A stretch of DNA of 64,000 nt from an uncultured Verrucomicrobiota bacterium (GTDB lineage Bacteria; Verrucomicrobiota; Kiritimatiellia; RFP12; UBA1067), in NCBI GenBank assembly GCA_946533675.1, contig CAMNBZ010000011.1, forward strand, positions 3,278 through 67,277. The letters run 5' to 3'. The position numbers were made by a program, and so were the translations under genes. The notes beneath the pieces are model-generated. The model searched no databases. It was not told the DNA's origin and saw only the letters and a program-made list of their open reading frames with translations. Position 1 is the stretch's first letter; each line of letters opens with the position of its first letter. Below, piece after piece: positions 27,601 to 40,587 of this stretch.

Positions 27601-29340
27601 ATGACAATGAAGAAAAACCTGTTCCTGCTTGCTGCGTTCCTGTGCGCGTCCGCGTTCGCGGGCGAAAAGATCTACCTGTGGCCGGAGGGCCGGATGCCCG
27701 ACGCCCAGCCGCACCAGATCGCCGCGATGACGGATGTCGCGCGCGCCGACGGTTTCAATCCCGACGACTGGCGGCGGCCCTACATCGAATGGCTCGAACC
27801 GCCCGCGGCCGAGGGGCGGACCGACGTCTGCGTGATCCTCATCTCGGGCGGCGGCTACCAGAACCAGTGCGACGTGCGGCACGTCCAGAACTGGAGCCGC
27901 GAACTGACGAAGCTCGGCGTCACGTGCGTCAACCTCGTCCACCGCACGCCGCGCCCGACGGGTCTGCCCATCTACCAGAGCGCGTGGGAGGACGGCCAGC
28001 GCGCCGTGCGGCTCGTGCGCCGCGCGGCCGCCGAACGCGGGTTCGATCCCGAGAAGATCGGCACGATGTCGATGAGCGCGGGCTCGCATCTGGCAACGCT
28101 GCTCGCGACGAGTTCGCAGACGCCCGCGTACGCGCCCGTCGACGCGGCGGACGACACGCCGTGCCACCTCAACTTCGCCTGCACCTTCGCCATCGCCTAC
28201 GCGCTGACCGACGGGTACGGCGTCCCGAACACGCGCGGCGGCGACGCCGTGGACGCGCGGCTGTCGGACGTCTTCCGGTTCGACGCGAAGACGTGCCCGA
28301 TGTGGATGTCGCACGGCGGCCGCGACCCCTATTCGCCGATGAGCTCGACGCGCGTCTACCGCGAGCTGCGCAAGCGGAAGATCCCGGCCGAGCTCCACCT
28401 CTATCCCGACAAACCCCACGGGGTGTTCGGCTTCGAGCGCGCCGTGGAATTCCTGCGGCAGATGGCGATCCTGCCGCGCGGCGAGGAGGTCGCGCTGATG
28501 GACCGCTATCCGTCGGACGCGGCGCGCGCCCACTACGCGAAGGAAGCGATCTGGCCGGAAGGGAAGATGCCTGATGTGCAGACCAACCAGTGCACGCCCT
28601 ACCTCGAATGGCACGTCCCGTCCAACGTGACGACGCGCGCGATCCAGATCATCTGGTCGGGCGGCAGCTACAAGGGCAACAGCCCGAACGGCTTCGAGGT
28701 CGCGCCGCTGCGCCGCTACCTGAACGAGAAGGGCATGGCGGTCGTGACGGTGAAGTACCGCACGCCGCGGCCGGCCGCGCCGCTCGCGAAGCACACGACG
28801 GCGTGGGAGGATATCCAGCGCGCCATCCGCCTCGTGAAGCGCGAGGCACCCGCGCGCGGGCTCGATCCGGACCGCATCGGCATCATGGGCTCGTCGGCGG
28901 GCGGCCACCTGGCGCTCATGGGCGCGACGACGTCGAAGACGAACGCCTACCTGCCGATCGACGAGCTCGACAAGAAGGAGAATCCGTCCGTCGCCTGGGC
29001 GGTCGCGATCTATCCCGCCTACGCGCTCACGGACGGGCTGGAGCACGGCAACGCGCACGGCGGCAACGAGGACGACGACCGGCTCGCGCCGGAGTTCGCC
29101 TTCGACCTCGCGACGTGCCCGATCCTCTTCGTCCACGGCGACGCCGACGGCTGGGCGGCGATGAATTCGGTCAAGGCGTGGGAGCAGCTGCGGCGCATGG
29201 GCATCCAGGGCGAGCTCCACACGCTCGCCCTGCGGCCGCACTGCTTCCAGCGCGACGCCGCGCCCGGCACCGGCAGCTACACGTTCATGGACCGCGTCTG
29301 GGAGTTTCTCACGGCCAAGGGGTTTCTCGCGGAGCCGTGA
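27601..29340 (+). CDS. Secreted esterase with two tandem alpha/beta-hydrolase domains
   Basis: Signal peptide; SGGGY..MSAGSHL and SGGSY..GSSAGGHL; duplicated YALTDG segments. Confidence 0.85.
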   Translation: MTMKKNLFLLAAFLCASAFAGEKIYLWPEGRMPDAQPHQIAAMTDVARADGFNPDDWRRPYIEWLEPPAAEGRTDVCVILISGGGYQNQCDVRHVQNWSRELTKLGVTCVNLVHRTPRPTGLPIYQSAWEDGQRAVRLVRRAAAERGFDPEKIGTMSMSAGSHLATLLATSSQTPAYAPVDAADDTPCHLNFACTFAIAYALTDGYGVPNTRGGDAVDARLSDVFRFDAKTCPMWMSHGGRDPYSPMSSTRVYRELRKRKIPAELHLYPDKPHGVFGFERAVEFLRQMAILPRGEEVALMDRYPSDAARAHYAKEAIWPEGKMPDVQTNQCTPYLEWHVPSNVTTRAIQIIWSGGSYKGNSPNGFEVAPLRRYLNEKGMAVVTVKYRTPRPAAPLAKHTTAWEDIQRAIRLVKREAPARGLDPDRIGIMGSSAGGHLALMGATTSKTNAYLPIDELDKKENPSVAWAVAIYPAYALTDGLEHGNAHGGNEDDDRLAPEFAFDLATCPILFVHGDADGWAAMNSVKAWEQLRRMGIQGELHTLALRPHCFQRDAAPGTGSYTFMDRVWEFLTAKGFLAEP

Positions 29341-29382
29341 GCGGCGGCGCGGACGGCGGACGGCACGACAGGAGGCGAACGG

Positions 29383-30312
29383 ATGACGATTGACGAGCTG
29401 AACGAAATTGTGGAGTCGGGCGACATCGACGAGTTCATCCGCGTCTGCGAGGCGCGGCAGTGCAAGGAACTGTCGAAGATCGCCGACCGGATCACGGACA
29501 CGAAGGGCGTGCGGCTCGTCCTGCTGACGGGCGGCTCGTCGGCGGGCAAGACGACGACGGCGAAGCGCCTGTGCACGCAGCTGCGCGTCAACGGCGTGCC
29601 GGCCGCGATGCACCTGTCGACGGACGACTACTTCGTGGGCAACGCGCGCAACCCGAAGGACGCGAACGGCGACTACGACTACGAGACGATCGAGGCGGTC
29701 GACCGCGCGCGGCTCGTGCGCGACCTGACGGCGCTTTTGGGCGGTGCGCCGGTCCATCTGCGCCGGTTCGATTTCGTGGCGCACGACGGCTTCGACGCGC
29801 CGCGCCCGACGCGCCTGCCGGACGGCGGCGTGGTGGTGCTCGAAGGGCTGCACGCGCTCAATCCGCGGCTCGTGGAGGGGCTGCCCGCCGCGTGCGGCTT
29901 CCGCCTCTTCATCGAGCCGAAGACGCAGCTGGAGATTTTCGCGACGACGCGCCTGCCGTCGCGCGACGCGCGGCTCGTGCGGCGGCTCGTGCGCGACCAC
30001 CAGTTCCGCAAGATGGATCCGCTGACGACGTTTCGCATGTGGCCGAAGGTGCTCGCGGGCGAGGAGAAGTGGATCGATCCGTTCCGCAGCCTGGCGGATG
30101 CGGAATTCGACTCCGCGCTCGAATACGAGCTCGCGGTCCTGAAGCCGTACGTGGCGGGGCTGCTCGCGCGCGTCCTCCTGCGCAACCGCGACGAGGTGCG
30201 CGCGCAGACGCTGTCGATGCTCTTCGAGGCCATCGTCGCGACCGATCCCGTGAAGGTGCCGGGCGATTCGATCCTGCGCGAGACGATCGGCGGCAGCCTG
30301 CTCGAATACTGA
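29383..30312 (+). CDS. Uridine kinase-like P-loop protein
   Basis: GGSSAGKTT, STDDYF, EGLHALN, RRLVRD..FR, FDSALEYEL. Confidence 0.85.
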   Translation: MTIDELNEIVESGDIDEFIRVCEARQCKELSKIADRITDTKGVRLVLLTGGSSAGKTTTAKRLCTQLRVNGVPAAMHLSTDDYFVGNARNPKDANGDYDYETIEAVDRARLVRDLTALLGGAPVHLRRFDFVAHDGFDAPRPTRLPDGGVVVLEGLHALNPRLVEGLPAACGFRLFIEPKTQLEIFATTRLPSRDARLVRRLVRDHQFRKMDPLTTFRMWPKVLAGEEKWIDPFRSLADAEFDSALEYELAVLKPYVAGLLARVLLRNRDEVRAQTLSMLFEAIVATDPVKVPGDSILRETIGGSLLEY

Positions 30313-30320
30313 GGCGGACG

Positions 30321-31124
30321 ATGCGCGCGAACTTCCACACCCATTCGACCTGGTGCGACGGCGCGAACACGCCGGAGGAGCTGATCCGCGGCGCGATCGA
30401 CAAGGGCTTTTCGGCGCTCGGCTTCTCCAGCCACGCGATGCTGCCGGGCGACCTGCTCGACTGGCCGCTGACCGCGGCAAAAGTGCCGCGGTACGGTGCC
30501 GAGATCCGCGCGCTCGCCGAAAAATACCGCGATCGCATCCGGATCTTCTGCGGCGTCGAGGCCGACTACATCCCGGGCGGCGTCGCGACGCCCGACCGCG
30601 CGGTGTACGCGGCGCTGAAGCCCGACTACATCATCGGCTCCGTCCACTTCGTCCTGTCGCCCGACGGGGAGCTGGCGGCCGTCGACAAGTCGCCGGAAAG
30701 CCTCGTCGCCGACGTGGCGGCGCATTTCGGCGGCGACTGGGAAGCGTATGTCAGGGCGTATTTCGCGGCGGAGCGCGCGATGGCGGCCGACTGCGACTTC
30801 GACGTCATCGGCCATCCCGATCTCGTGCGGAAGTTCAACGGGCGGCTGAAGTCCTTCGACGAGACGGCGCCGTGGTACGAGGAGGAGCTGGAGAAGACGG
30901 CGGCGGCGTTCGCGGCGAGCGGCAGGCTGGTGGAGGTCAACACGGGCGCGATCGCGCGCGGGTGGATGGACGACGCCTATCCGTCGGCCGCGTTCCGCGC
31001 GCGGCTGCGCGCGCACGGCGTGAAGTTCATCCTGAGCGCCGACGCCCATTTCGTAGTGGCGCTCGACTGCGCGTTCGACCGATTCGCCGACGCCGAATCG
31101 TTCGTCACGCCGGTCTGGATCTAA
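30321..31124 (+). CDS. PHP-family histidinol-phosphatase (HisJ-like)
   Basis: NFHTHSTWCDG, IGSVH, GHPDL, EVNTG, SADAH. Confidence 0.85.
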   Translation: MRANFHTHSTWCDGANTPEELIRGAIDKGFSALGFSSHAMLPGDLLDWPLTAAKVPRYGAEIRALAEKYRDRIRIFCGVEADYIPGGVATPDRAVYAALKPDYIIGSVHFVLSPDGELAAVDKSPESLVADVAAHFGGDWEAYVRAYFAAERAMAADCDFDVIGHPDLVRKFNGRLKSFDETAPWYEEELEKTAAAFAASGRLVEVNTGAIARGWMDDAYPSAAFRARLRAHGVKFILSADAHFVVALDCAFDRFADAESFVTPVWI

Positions 31125-31263
31125 GTGCACGTTGCGCGCCGCGTCGTCCTTTGGACGGGGGGGCGCCCCCAAACGACATGTGCGGCCCCCGGCGGGCGGA
31201 AAAATTCAGAAAAATTCCGTTCTCCCACGGAGGGCGGAATTTTTGATATACTATCCCGAACCG

Positions 31264-31713
31264 ATGAAGAAGGAAGAGTCAGACAACCGGCTGCTGATTG
31301 ACGTCGCGCGGCTCGATCCCGAGGGGGAAGACCTCTCGGGCGAGGTCGATATCGTCGATCTGGACGAGGAATTCGTCAAGCCGTTCGGCGGCGTGCGCTA
31401 CCGGCTGCACGCCCAGCTCTTCGGCACGGAACTGCTCGTGCGCGGCCGGCTGGAACAGGATTTCGATCTTGTGTGCAGCCGCTGTGGAAAGGATTTCGAC
31501 ACGACGGTGCACGTCGACGACTTCACGGCGTCGGTTCAGGTCGGCGAGCAGGACGAATGCGCCGATTTGACCTCCGACGCGAGAGATAGTATAATACTCG
31601 CCCTGCCGACCTACCCGCTCTGCGCGCCGGACTGTCCGGGCATCGAGCAGAAGGTCGAACGGACGCGCGACGACCGCTGGGGCGCGCTGGACGGATTGAA
31701 GATTTCGAAGTGA
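31264..31713 (+). CDS. DUF177/YceD family protein
   Basis: CSRC and C..DCPG motifs, RWGALD.L C-terminus; upstream of rpmF. Confidence 0.85.
   Translation: MKKEESDNRLLIDVARLDPEGEDLSGEVDIVDLDEEFVKPFGGVRYRLHAQLFGTELLVRGRLEQDFDLVCSRCGKDFDTTVHVDDFTASVQVGEQDECADLTSDARDSIILALPTYPLCAPDCPGIEQKVERTRDDRWGALDGLKISK
31567..31595 (+). promoter_or_regulatory. Internal promoter for rpmF within yceD
   Basis: TTGACC-N17-TATAAT in a locally AT-rich codon patch. Confidence 0.6.
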
Positions 31714-31753
31714 TTCGAATTGACAAGAACAAGAAAGAACAAGGAGAACAGAC

Positions 31754-31936
31754 ATGGCCAGTCCTAAGAACCGGGTATCGAAGATGCGCAAGCGCCAGCG
31801 GGTTGCCTCGCTGGAGAAGCCGATTTTGGCGTCGGTGTCGACCTGCCCCGCGTGCGGCGCGGCGAAGCGTTCGCACCGCGCGTGCCCGAAGTGCGGCACC
31901 TACAAGGGTCGCAAGGTGATCGCCGTCGAGGCGTAA
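31754..31936 (+). CDS. rpmF: 50S ribosomal protein L32 (Zn-ribbon type)
   Basis: MASPKNRVSK..RKR, CPAC...HRACPKCGTY; AAGGAG RBS. Confidence 0.93.
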   Translation: MASPKNRVSKMRKRQRVASLEKPILASVSTCPACGAAKRSHRACPKCGTYKGRKVIAVEA

Positions 31937-31955
31937 ACCCGCGCGGAGCGAGGCG

Positions 31956-33010
31956 ATGACGCGCGTTGCGCTGGATGCGATGGGGGGCGACTACGCCCCC
32001 AAGCAGATTGTCGTCGGGGCGGTCGAGGCCGCCTGCGAGATTCCCGACGTCAAGATCCTGCTTGTCGGGCAGCTCTCGGCGATCCAGCAGGTGATCGACG
32101 GTTTCTCCAAGGACCGCCGCGCACTCGCGCAGCGCGCGATCGAAAAGGGCACGCTGGAGATCATCCACGCGCCCGACGAGGTGGAGATGACCGACGAGCC
32201 GGTCGAGGCGGTCCGCAAGAAGAAGGACTGCTCGATCAACGTCGCGATGCGGCTCGTCAAGGAGCAGCGCGCCGACGTGTTCGTCTCGGCGGGCAACTCC
32301 GGCGCGGTCGCGACGAGCGCCATCCTCACCCTCGGCCGCATCCGCGGCGTGAAGCGGCCGGCGATCGCGATGATCCTGCCGACGGCGACGCCGGGGCGTC
32401 CGCTCCTGCTGCTCGACTCGGGGGCGAACATGGACTGCCATCCCGAATGGCTGGCGCAGTGGGCGATCATGGGCAGCGTCTACGCGAAGACGGTGCTCGG
32501 GCGCGAGCAGCCGGCGGTCGGCCTCGTGTCGATCGGGACGGAGGAGTGCAAGGGCAACTCGCTCGTGCACGAGACGTTCCCGCTCATCAAGGAAATCAAC
32601 GGCATCAACTTCGTCGGCAACATCGAGGGCCACGACATCTGCGGCGGCCATCTTGACGTGGCGGTGGCGGACGGTTTTGTCGGCAACGTCATCCTCAAGT
32701 CTATCGAATCGGTCGCGCACGCGATCGGCGGCTGGCTGAAGGCGGAGCTGAAGAAGAGCCTCTTCCGCAAGATCTGCGCGCTCCTCCTGAAGGGCGCGTT
32801 CAAGGCGCTGAAGCGCCAGATGGATCCCGAGGTCTACGGCGGCGCGCCGCTTCTGGGCGTGCCGGGCGCGGTCATCATCACCCACGGCAACTCGACCCAC
32901 AAGGCGATTTTCTACGCCGTGCAAGCCGGCGTCGCTGCGGCGACCAACGACGTGTCGGGGCTTATCGAAAAAGCGATCGCCGAACACGCCGAGGGCGCGA
33001 CGAAGCAGTA

Positions 33011-33011
<1 letters not shown>
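31956..33011 (+). CDS. plsX: Phosphate acyltransferase PlsX
   Basis: [34 protein letters not shown]. Confidence 0.95.
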
Positions 33012-35740
<2,729 letters not shown>

Positions 35741-35744
35741 CGAC

Positions 35745-36299
35745 ATGGCCCGCATCAAGTTCCTGCATGTGAAGGGCACGTGGCGCGAGGTGGCGGACGC
35801 CGCGCGCACGACGATCCGCCGCGAGGAGGGCGAGGGCGAGCCGAGCGCGCGCTGGAAGAAGCGCATCCTGCTCGCGGAGCATTCGCCCGTGCGCAAGCTC
35901 TGCTTCAACTGGAAGTGGGAGGATCTGCCGTACTGGGTGAGCGTCCATTTCGTGCGCCACAAATTCGGCATCGAGCACTTCGTCTCGACCCAGCGCACCG
36001 ACCGCACGGGCGAGGACCGCACCGCGAAGACGCAGGACGCGCCCGTCGTGCACGAGTGCTTCGCGAACGCGCAGGCGGTGATGTTCATCTCGCGCCGCCG
36101 CCTCTGCGGCCAGGCGAGCCCCGAGACGCGCGCGGCGTGGCGCGCCGTCGTCGACGCCATCGCCGAAAAGGAGCCCGAAGTCGCCGCGTGCTGCGTGCCC
36201 GAGTGCGTCTATCGCGGTTTCTGCCCCGAGTTCAAACCCTGCGGGTACTGCAGCACGCCCGCGTTCCAGGAGGCGCTCGCCGCCTATCGCAGCGTATGA
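35745..36299 (+). CDS. thyX: FAD-dependent thymidylate synthase-like protein (short ThyX/Thy1 form)
   Basis: EHSPVR, HFVRHK....VSTQRTDR, RRLC..AS.ETR, C-terminal CVYRGFCPE. Confidence 0.75.
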   Translation: MARIKFLHVKGTWREVADAARTTIRREEGEGEPSARWKKRILLAEHSPVRKLCFNWKWEDLPYWVSVHFVRHKFGIEHFVSTQRTDRTGEDRTAKTQDAPVVHECFANAQAVMFISRRRLCGQASPETRAAWRAVVDAIAEKEPEVAACCVPECVYRGFCPEFKPCGYCSTPAFQEALAAYRSV

Positions 36300-37198
36300 A
36301 ACGGACACTTCTCTTCCTCTTGACCAACCTCGCGGCGGTGACGATGCTGACGGTCGTCGCGGCCCTCGTCTGCGCGTTCTGCGGCGTCGACCTCTCGCGC
36401 GAGCTCGGCGAAGGCGGCTATGAATCGCTCTTCGTCTTCGCCTTCATCTTCGGCATGGCGGGCTCCGTCATCTCGCTCTTCCTCTCGAAGTCGATGGTGA
36501 AGCTCACGATGCGCTGCAAGACGATCGACGGCAGCGAGGGCGAGGCGGAGCGCTGGCTCGTCGAGACGGTCGCCGACCTCGCGCGCCGCGCCAACCTCAA
36601 GACGCCCGAAGTGGCGATCTATCCAGGCGAGGCCAACGCCTTCGCGACGGGCGCGTTCAAGAACCATGCGCTCGTGGCGGTGTCGACGCGCATCCTGGAG
36701 CAGATGTCGCGCGAGGAGCTGCGCGCCGTGCTCGGCCACGAGATGAGCCACGTCGCGAACGGCGACATGGTGACGATGTGCCTGACGCAGGGCGTCATCA
36801 ACACGTTCGTCATCTTCTTCTCGCACATTCTCGCCTACTTTGTCCAGAACGCGCTCTCGAACGGCAAGGAGCGGCGGCGCGGTGGCGGCTACATGATGTA
36901 CCACCTGCTGACCTCCGTCTTCCAGATGCTCTTCGGCGTCCTCGCCTCGCTCGTCCTCTTTTGGTACAGCCGCAAGCGCGAATACGCGGCGGACGAAGGC
37001 AGCGCCAACCTGCTCGGCTCGCCCGCGCCGATGATCGCCGCGCTGCGCCGGCTCGGCAACCTCCAGCCGGGCGTGCTGCCCGATTCCCTCAAGGCGTTCG
37101 GCATCGCGGGCGGCAAGACGTCGCTCTTCGCGACGCACCCGTCGCTTGAGGACCGCATCCAGGCGCTGATGAACCTGAAGCCGTCCTACGCCGTTTGA
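36296..37198 (+). CDS. htpX: Zinc metalloprotease HtpX
   Basis: NAFATG, HEMSHVANGDMVT, SRKREYAAD, FATHPSLEDRI. Confidence 0.94.
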   Translation: MKRTLLFLLTNLAAVTMLTVVAALVCAFCGVDLSRELGEGGYESLFVFAFIFGMAGSVISLFLSKSMVKLTMRCKTIDGSEGEAERWLVETVADLARRANLKTPEVAIYPGEANAFATGAFKNHALVAVSTRILEQMSREELRAVLGHEMSHVANGDMVTMCLTQGVINTFVIFFSHILAYFVQNALSNGKERRRGGGYMMYHLLTSVFQMLFGVLASLVLFWYSRKREYAADEGSANLLGSPAPMIAALRRLGNLQPGVLPDSLKAFGIAGGKTSLFATHPSLEDRIQALMNLKPSYAV

Positions 37199-37225
37199 CA
37201 GTTTGACAGAAAGGGTTTGGCGGCT

Positions 37226-38347
37226 ATGAAAACAATCGGTTCTCTTGCGGCGGCGGCTGCGCTTGCCGCGGGCGTGGTGTGGGGGACTGGTGTGGCCGAA
37301 CACAGTTCGGCCATCTCCACTTCGGACCTCGCCACTTCGGCTGTTGACACGGCCATCGAACGCGGCGCGGCGTATCTCCTTTCGCAGCAGGCGGCGGACG
37401 GCCACTGGAGCGATGCGCAGATGCCGGCCTTGACGGCGCTGCCCGTGTGGGCGCTGTGCGGGAGCGGAATGGCCGAACGCAGTTCGGCCGTCTCCACGCA
37501 AACGGCCATCGCCGCCGGCGTCAAGTTCGTCCTGTCGACGCAACGCGCGGACGGCGGGTTCTACGTGCCGAAACCGGGGCGCGGCGGCTCGGGCCTCGGC
37601 AACTACAACACGTCGGTCTGCCTCTCGTCGCTCTTCGTCTCGGGGCAGGCGCCGACGGCGGCGCTCCTCAAGGCGCGCGACTACATCGCCTCGTCGCAGC
37701 TGACGGGCGACGACACGCTCGCGGGCGGCTTCGGCTACGACAAGGCGTCGCGCCGCCGCTACGCCGACCTTTCCAACACCGCCTACGCGCTCGACGCGCT
37801 GCACCGCACGGCCGCGCTGGAGGAGCTGCGCACGGACGGAAAGAAGGTCGACGTCGACTGGGACAAGGCGCTCGCGTTCGTCGAACACCTGATGAAGACG
37901 GAAGGGCCCGACGCGGGCGGCGCGGCGTACAACGACCGCACGCCGCAGGCCGGCGCCGTCACGAACGCGAGCGGCACGGTGGCGCTCAGGGCCTACGGCT
38001 CGATGACGTACGCGGCGGTCCTCTCGATGTGCCACGCGAACCTCGACCGCGGCGATCCGCGCGTCAGGCAGGCGCTCGCCTACTGCGAGCGGTACTGGTC
38101 GGTCGACGAGAATCCCGGCATGGGCAGCCAGGGCCTCTACTATTTCTACGACATCATGGCGCGGGCGCTCGCGGCGAGCGGCGTCCGGGAGGTCGGCGGC
38201 CACGACTGGCGTGCGGAACTGGCGGCGAAGGTCATGTCGCTCCAGCGCGCCGACGGCAGCTGGGCGAACGCGAACAACCGCTTCTGGGAGGCCGATCCCG
38301 TGCTCTGCACGTCGTTCGCGCTGCTCGTGCTGGAACTCTGCCGCTGA
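37226..38347 (+). CDS. Secreted prenyltransferase/squalene-cyclase-repeat (alpha/alpha barrel) protein
   Basis: QW-type repeats QQAADGHW, QRADGGF, QRADGSW; signal peptide. Confidence 0.8.
   Translation: MKTIGSLAAAAALAAGVVWGTGVAEHSSAISTSDLATSAVDTAIERGAAYLLSQQAADGHWSDAQMPALTALPVWALCGSGMAERSSAVSTQTAIAAGVKFVLSTQRADGGFYVPKPGRGGSGLGNYNTSVCLSSLFVSGQAPTAALLKARDYIASSQLTGDDTLAGGFGYDKASRRRYADLSNTAYALDALHRTAALEELRTDGKKVDVDWDKALAFVEHLMKTEGPDAGGAAYNDRTPQAGAVTNASGTVALRAYGSMTYAAVLSMCHANLDRGDPRVRQALAYCERYWSVDENPGMGSQGLYYFYDIMARALAASGVREVGGHDWRAELAAKVMSLQRADGSWANANNRFWEADPVLCTSFALLVLELCR
37292..37497 (-). repeat. Coding family A copies 3 (37292-37320) and 4 (37469-37497)
   Basis: GTGGCCGAACACAGTTCGGCCATCTCCAC and ATGGCCGAACGCAGTTCGGCCGTCTCCAC. 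Confidence 0.8.
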
Positions 38348-38359
38348 CGGAGGCGCACG

Positions 38360-39466
38360 ATGGACGCGTTGCTCGAAAGTCTCTTTTCCGTCTGCGAAGA
38401 ATGCGGCGCGAGCGACATCCACCTGACGACGGGCTTCCCGCCGCGCTTCCGCATCCGCGGCGCGCTCATCGAGAAGGGCGGCTACCGGCCGTTCGGCACG
38501 AAGGAGGTGGACGCGGTCGCAATGGAGCTCGGGCTCTGCACGCTGCCGGTCGGCTGCCCCGACGGCACCGAGCGCATCCGCCGGACGCTGATGACCGAGG
38601 GCGCGCTGGACGGCGCGCTGACGAGCCCGTCGGGCGCGCGCTACCGCTTCAACCTCTACCGCGAGCAGGGGCGTCACGCGGTGGCGCTCCGGCGGCTTGA
38701 CGGCACGTTCCGCTCGCTGGAGGAGCTGGGGCTCCCGGCGCGTCTCGGTGCATTCTGCGGTGAACGCGACGGCCTCGTCATCGTGACGGGGCCGACCGGC
38801 AGCGGCAAGTCGACGACGCTCGCGACGCTGCTCGACCGCATCAACCGCAGCCGCGCGGGCCACATCATCACCATCGAGGACCCGATCGAGTACGTCCATA
38901 CGTCGCAGGCGTGCCTCGTCAACCAGCGGCAGGTCGGGCGCGACACGAAGAGCTTCAACGCGGCGCTCACGGAGGCGCTCAGGCAGGATCCCGACGTCAT
39001 CATGATCGGCGAGATGCGCGACCTTGAAACGGTGCGCACGGCCCTGCGCGCCGCCGAGACGGGCCACCTCGTCTTCGCGACGCTCCACTCCGGCGACGCG
39101 CCCGGCGCGATCGAACGGCTCATCGCGATGTTCCCGCCCGAGGAGCAGTCGTCGGCGCGCCACCAGCTCGCGCTCGCGCTGCGCGGCGTCTTCGCGCAGC
39201 ACCTGCTGGCGTCGCCCGACGGCACGGCGCGCCATCCCGCGTGCGAGCTCCTCGTCAATACGCTCGCCGCCGCGAACCTGATCGCGACGGGGCGTTCGGC
39301 GCAGCTCTATTCGATTCTCGAGACGGGCGCGGCGGCCGGCATGTGCACGCTTGACCAGTCGCTCGCCGATCTGCTCGCGCAGGGGAAGATCGAGGAGCGC
39401 GCCGCGCTGACGCTCTCGCGCAATCCGGACCTGCTGCGCAGCCGCCTGCGCCTCGCGCGCGGCTGA
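38360..39466 (+). CDS. PilT/PilU-family ATPase
   Basis: ASDIHL, GPTGSGKSTT, TIEDPIE, LRQDPDVIMIGEMRD, AAETGHLVFATLH. Confidence 0.9.
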   Translation: MDALLESLFSVCEECGASDIHLTTGFPPRFRIRGALIEKGGYRPFGTKEVDAVAMELGLCTLPVGCPDGTERIRRTLMTEGALDGALTSPSGARYRFNLYREQGRHAVALRRLDGTFRSLEELGLPARLGAFCGERDGLVIVTGPTGSGKSTTLATLLDRINRSRAGHIITIEDPIEYVHTSQACLVNQRQVGRDTKSFNAALTEALRQDPDVIMIGEMRDLETVRTALRAAETGHLVFATLHSGDAPGAIERLIAMFPPEEQSSARHQLALALRGVFAQHLLASPDGTARHPACELLVNTLAAANLIATGRSAQLYSILETGAAAGMCTLDQSLADLLAQGKIEERAALTLSRNPDLLRSRLRLARG

Positions 39467-39520
39467 CAAAATACCCGAACGGGTAGTGCACCGCGGCGCG
39501 AATTGTGATATACTGATGGT

Positions 39521-40555
39521 ATGAATACAACTCTCGGCACGATCATCTGGGCGCTCGGCGGTCTCGCGGGCGCGGTGTTTGCACTGCCTTTCCGCAAGGT
39601 CAAGGGCTGGAAATACGAAAGCTACTGGCTCGTCTACGCGCTCTTCGGCCTCATCCTCTTCCCGCTCGCGCTGGCCGCCGCGACGGTGCCGGATCTCTTC
39701 GGCGTCCTCGGCCGCGCGCCCGCCTCGACGATTGCGCTGTGCATCGGCTTCGGCGCGCTGTGGGGCATCGGCGGACTTTCGTGGGGCCTCATGATCCGCT
39801 ACCTCGGCGTCGGGCTGGGCCTGGCGATCGGCTGCGGCCTCTGCTCGGCGACGGGCACGCTCATCCCGCCGCTCGTGAAGGGCCAGGCCGCCTCGCTCGT
39901 CGCGGACACCTCGGCCGTCGTCACGCTCGCGGGCGTCGTCGTCTCGCTCGTCGGCATCGTGTTCGTCGGCCTCGCGGGCAAGTCGAAGGAGGACGAGCTG
40001 CCGGAGGAGGCGAAGAAGGCGGCCGTCGCGGAATTCAACTTCAAGAAGGGGCTGATCGTCGCGGCCGTCGCGGGCGTGGCCTCGGCGGGCATGAACTTCG
40101 GCCTCCAGTCGGGCGGCGCGCTCGAGGCGGCGGCGGTCGAGGCGGGCGCGAAGGAGCTCTGGAAGGGCATGCCCGTCCTGGTCGTCGTCCTCTTCGGCGG
40201 CTTCCTCGTCCAGCTCGTCTGGTGCCTCCAGCAGAATGTCAAGAACAGGTCGTTCGGCGACTATGCGACGCTCGCGCAGCCGGCGACCGCGGCCGTCATC
40301 TTCTGGAGCGGCCTCGCGGGCGTCATCTGGGCGTGCCAGTTCGCGTGCCAGAAGGCCGGCGAAAGCCTGGCGGGCGACATCGCCTACATTTCGTTCGCCA
40401 TCGTCATGGGCTCGAGCGTCCTCTTCTCGTCGCTCCTCGGCGTTGTGCTCGGCGAATGGAAGGGCACGGGCCGCCGCACGCGGACGTATCTCGCGATCGG
40501 CCTCGCGGTGCTCGCCGCGTCGATCGCCGTCGCGGCCGCCGCCAAGATGATCTGA
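39521..40555 (+). CDS. rhaT: L-rhamnose/proton symporter
   Basis: LPFRKVKGWKYESYW, FGALWGIGGL..GL..RYLG, LGEWKG; upstream of rhaA. Confidence 0.87.
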   Translation: MNTTLGTIIWALGGLAGAVFALPFRKVKGWKYESYWLVYALFGLILFPLALAAATVPDLFGVLGRAPASTIALCIGFGALWGIGGLSWGLMIRYLGVGLGLAIGCGLCSATGTLIPPLVKGQAASLVADTSAVVTLAGVVVSLVGIVFVGLAGKSKEDELPEEAKKAAVAEFNFKKGLIVAAVAGVASAGMNFGLQSGGALEAAAVEAGAKELWKGMPVLVVVLFGGFLVQLVWCLQQNVKNRSFGDYATLAQPATAAVIFWSGLAGVIWACQFACQKAGESLAGDIAYISFAIVMGSSVLFSSLLGVVLGEWKGTGRRTRTYLAIGLAVLAASIAVAAAAKMI

Positions 40556-40587
40556 CAACCGAAAACACCCCACACAAAAGGAAAACG

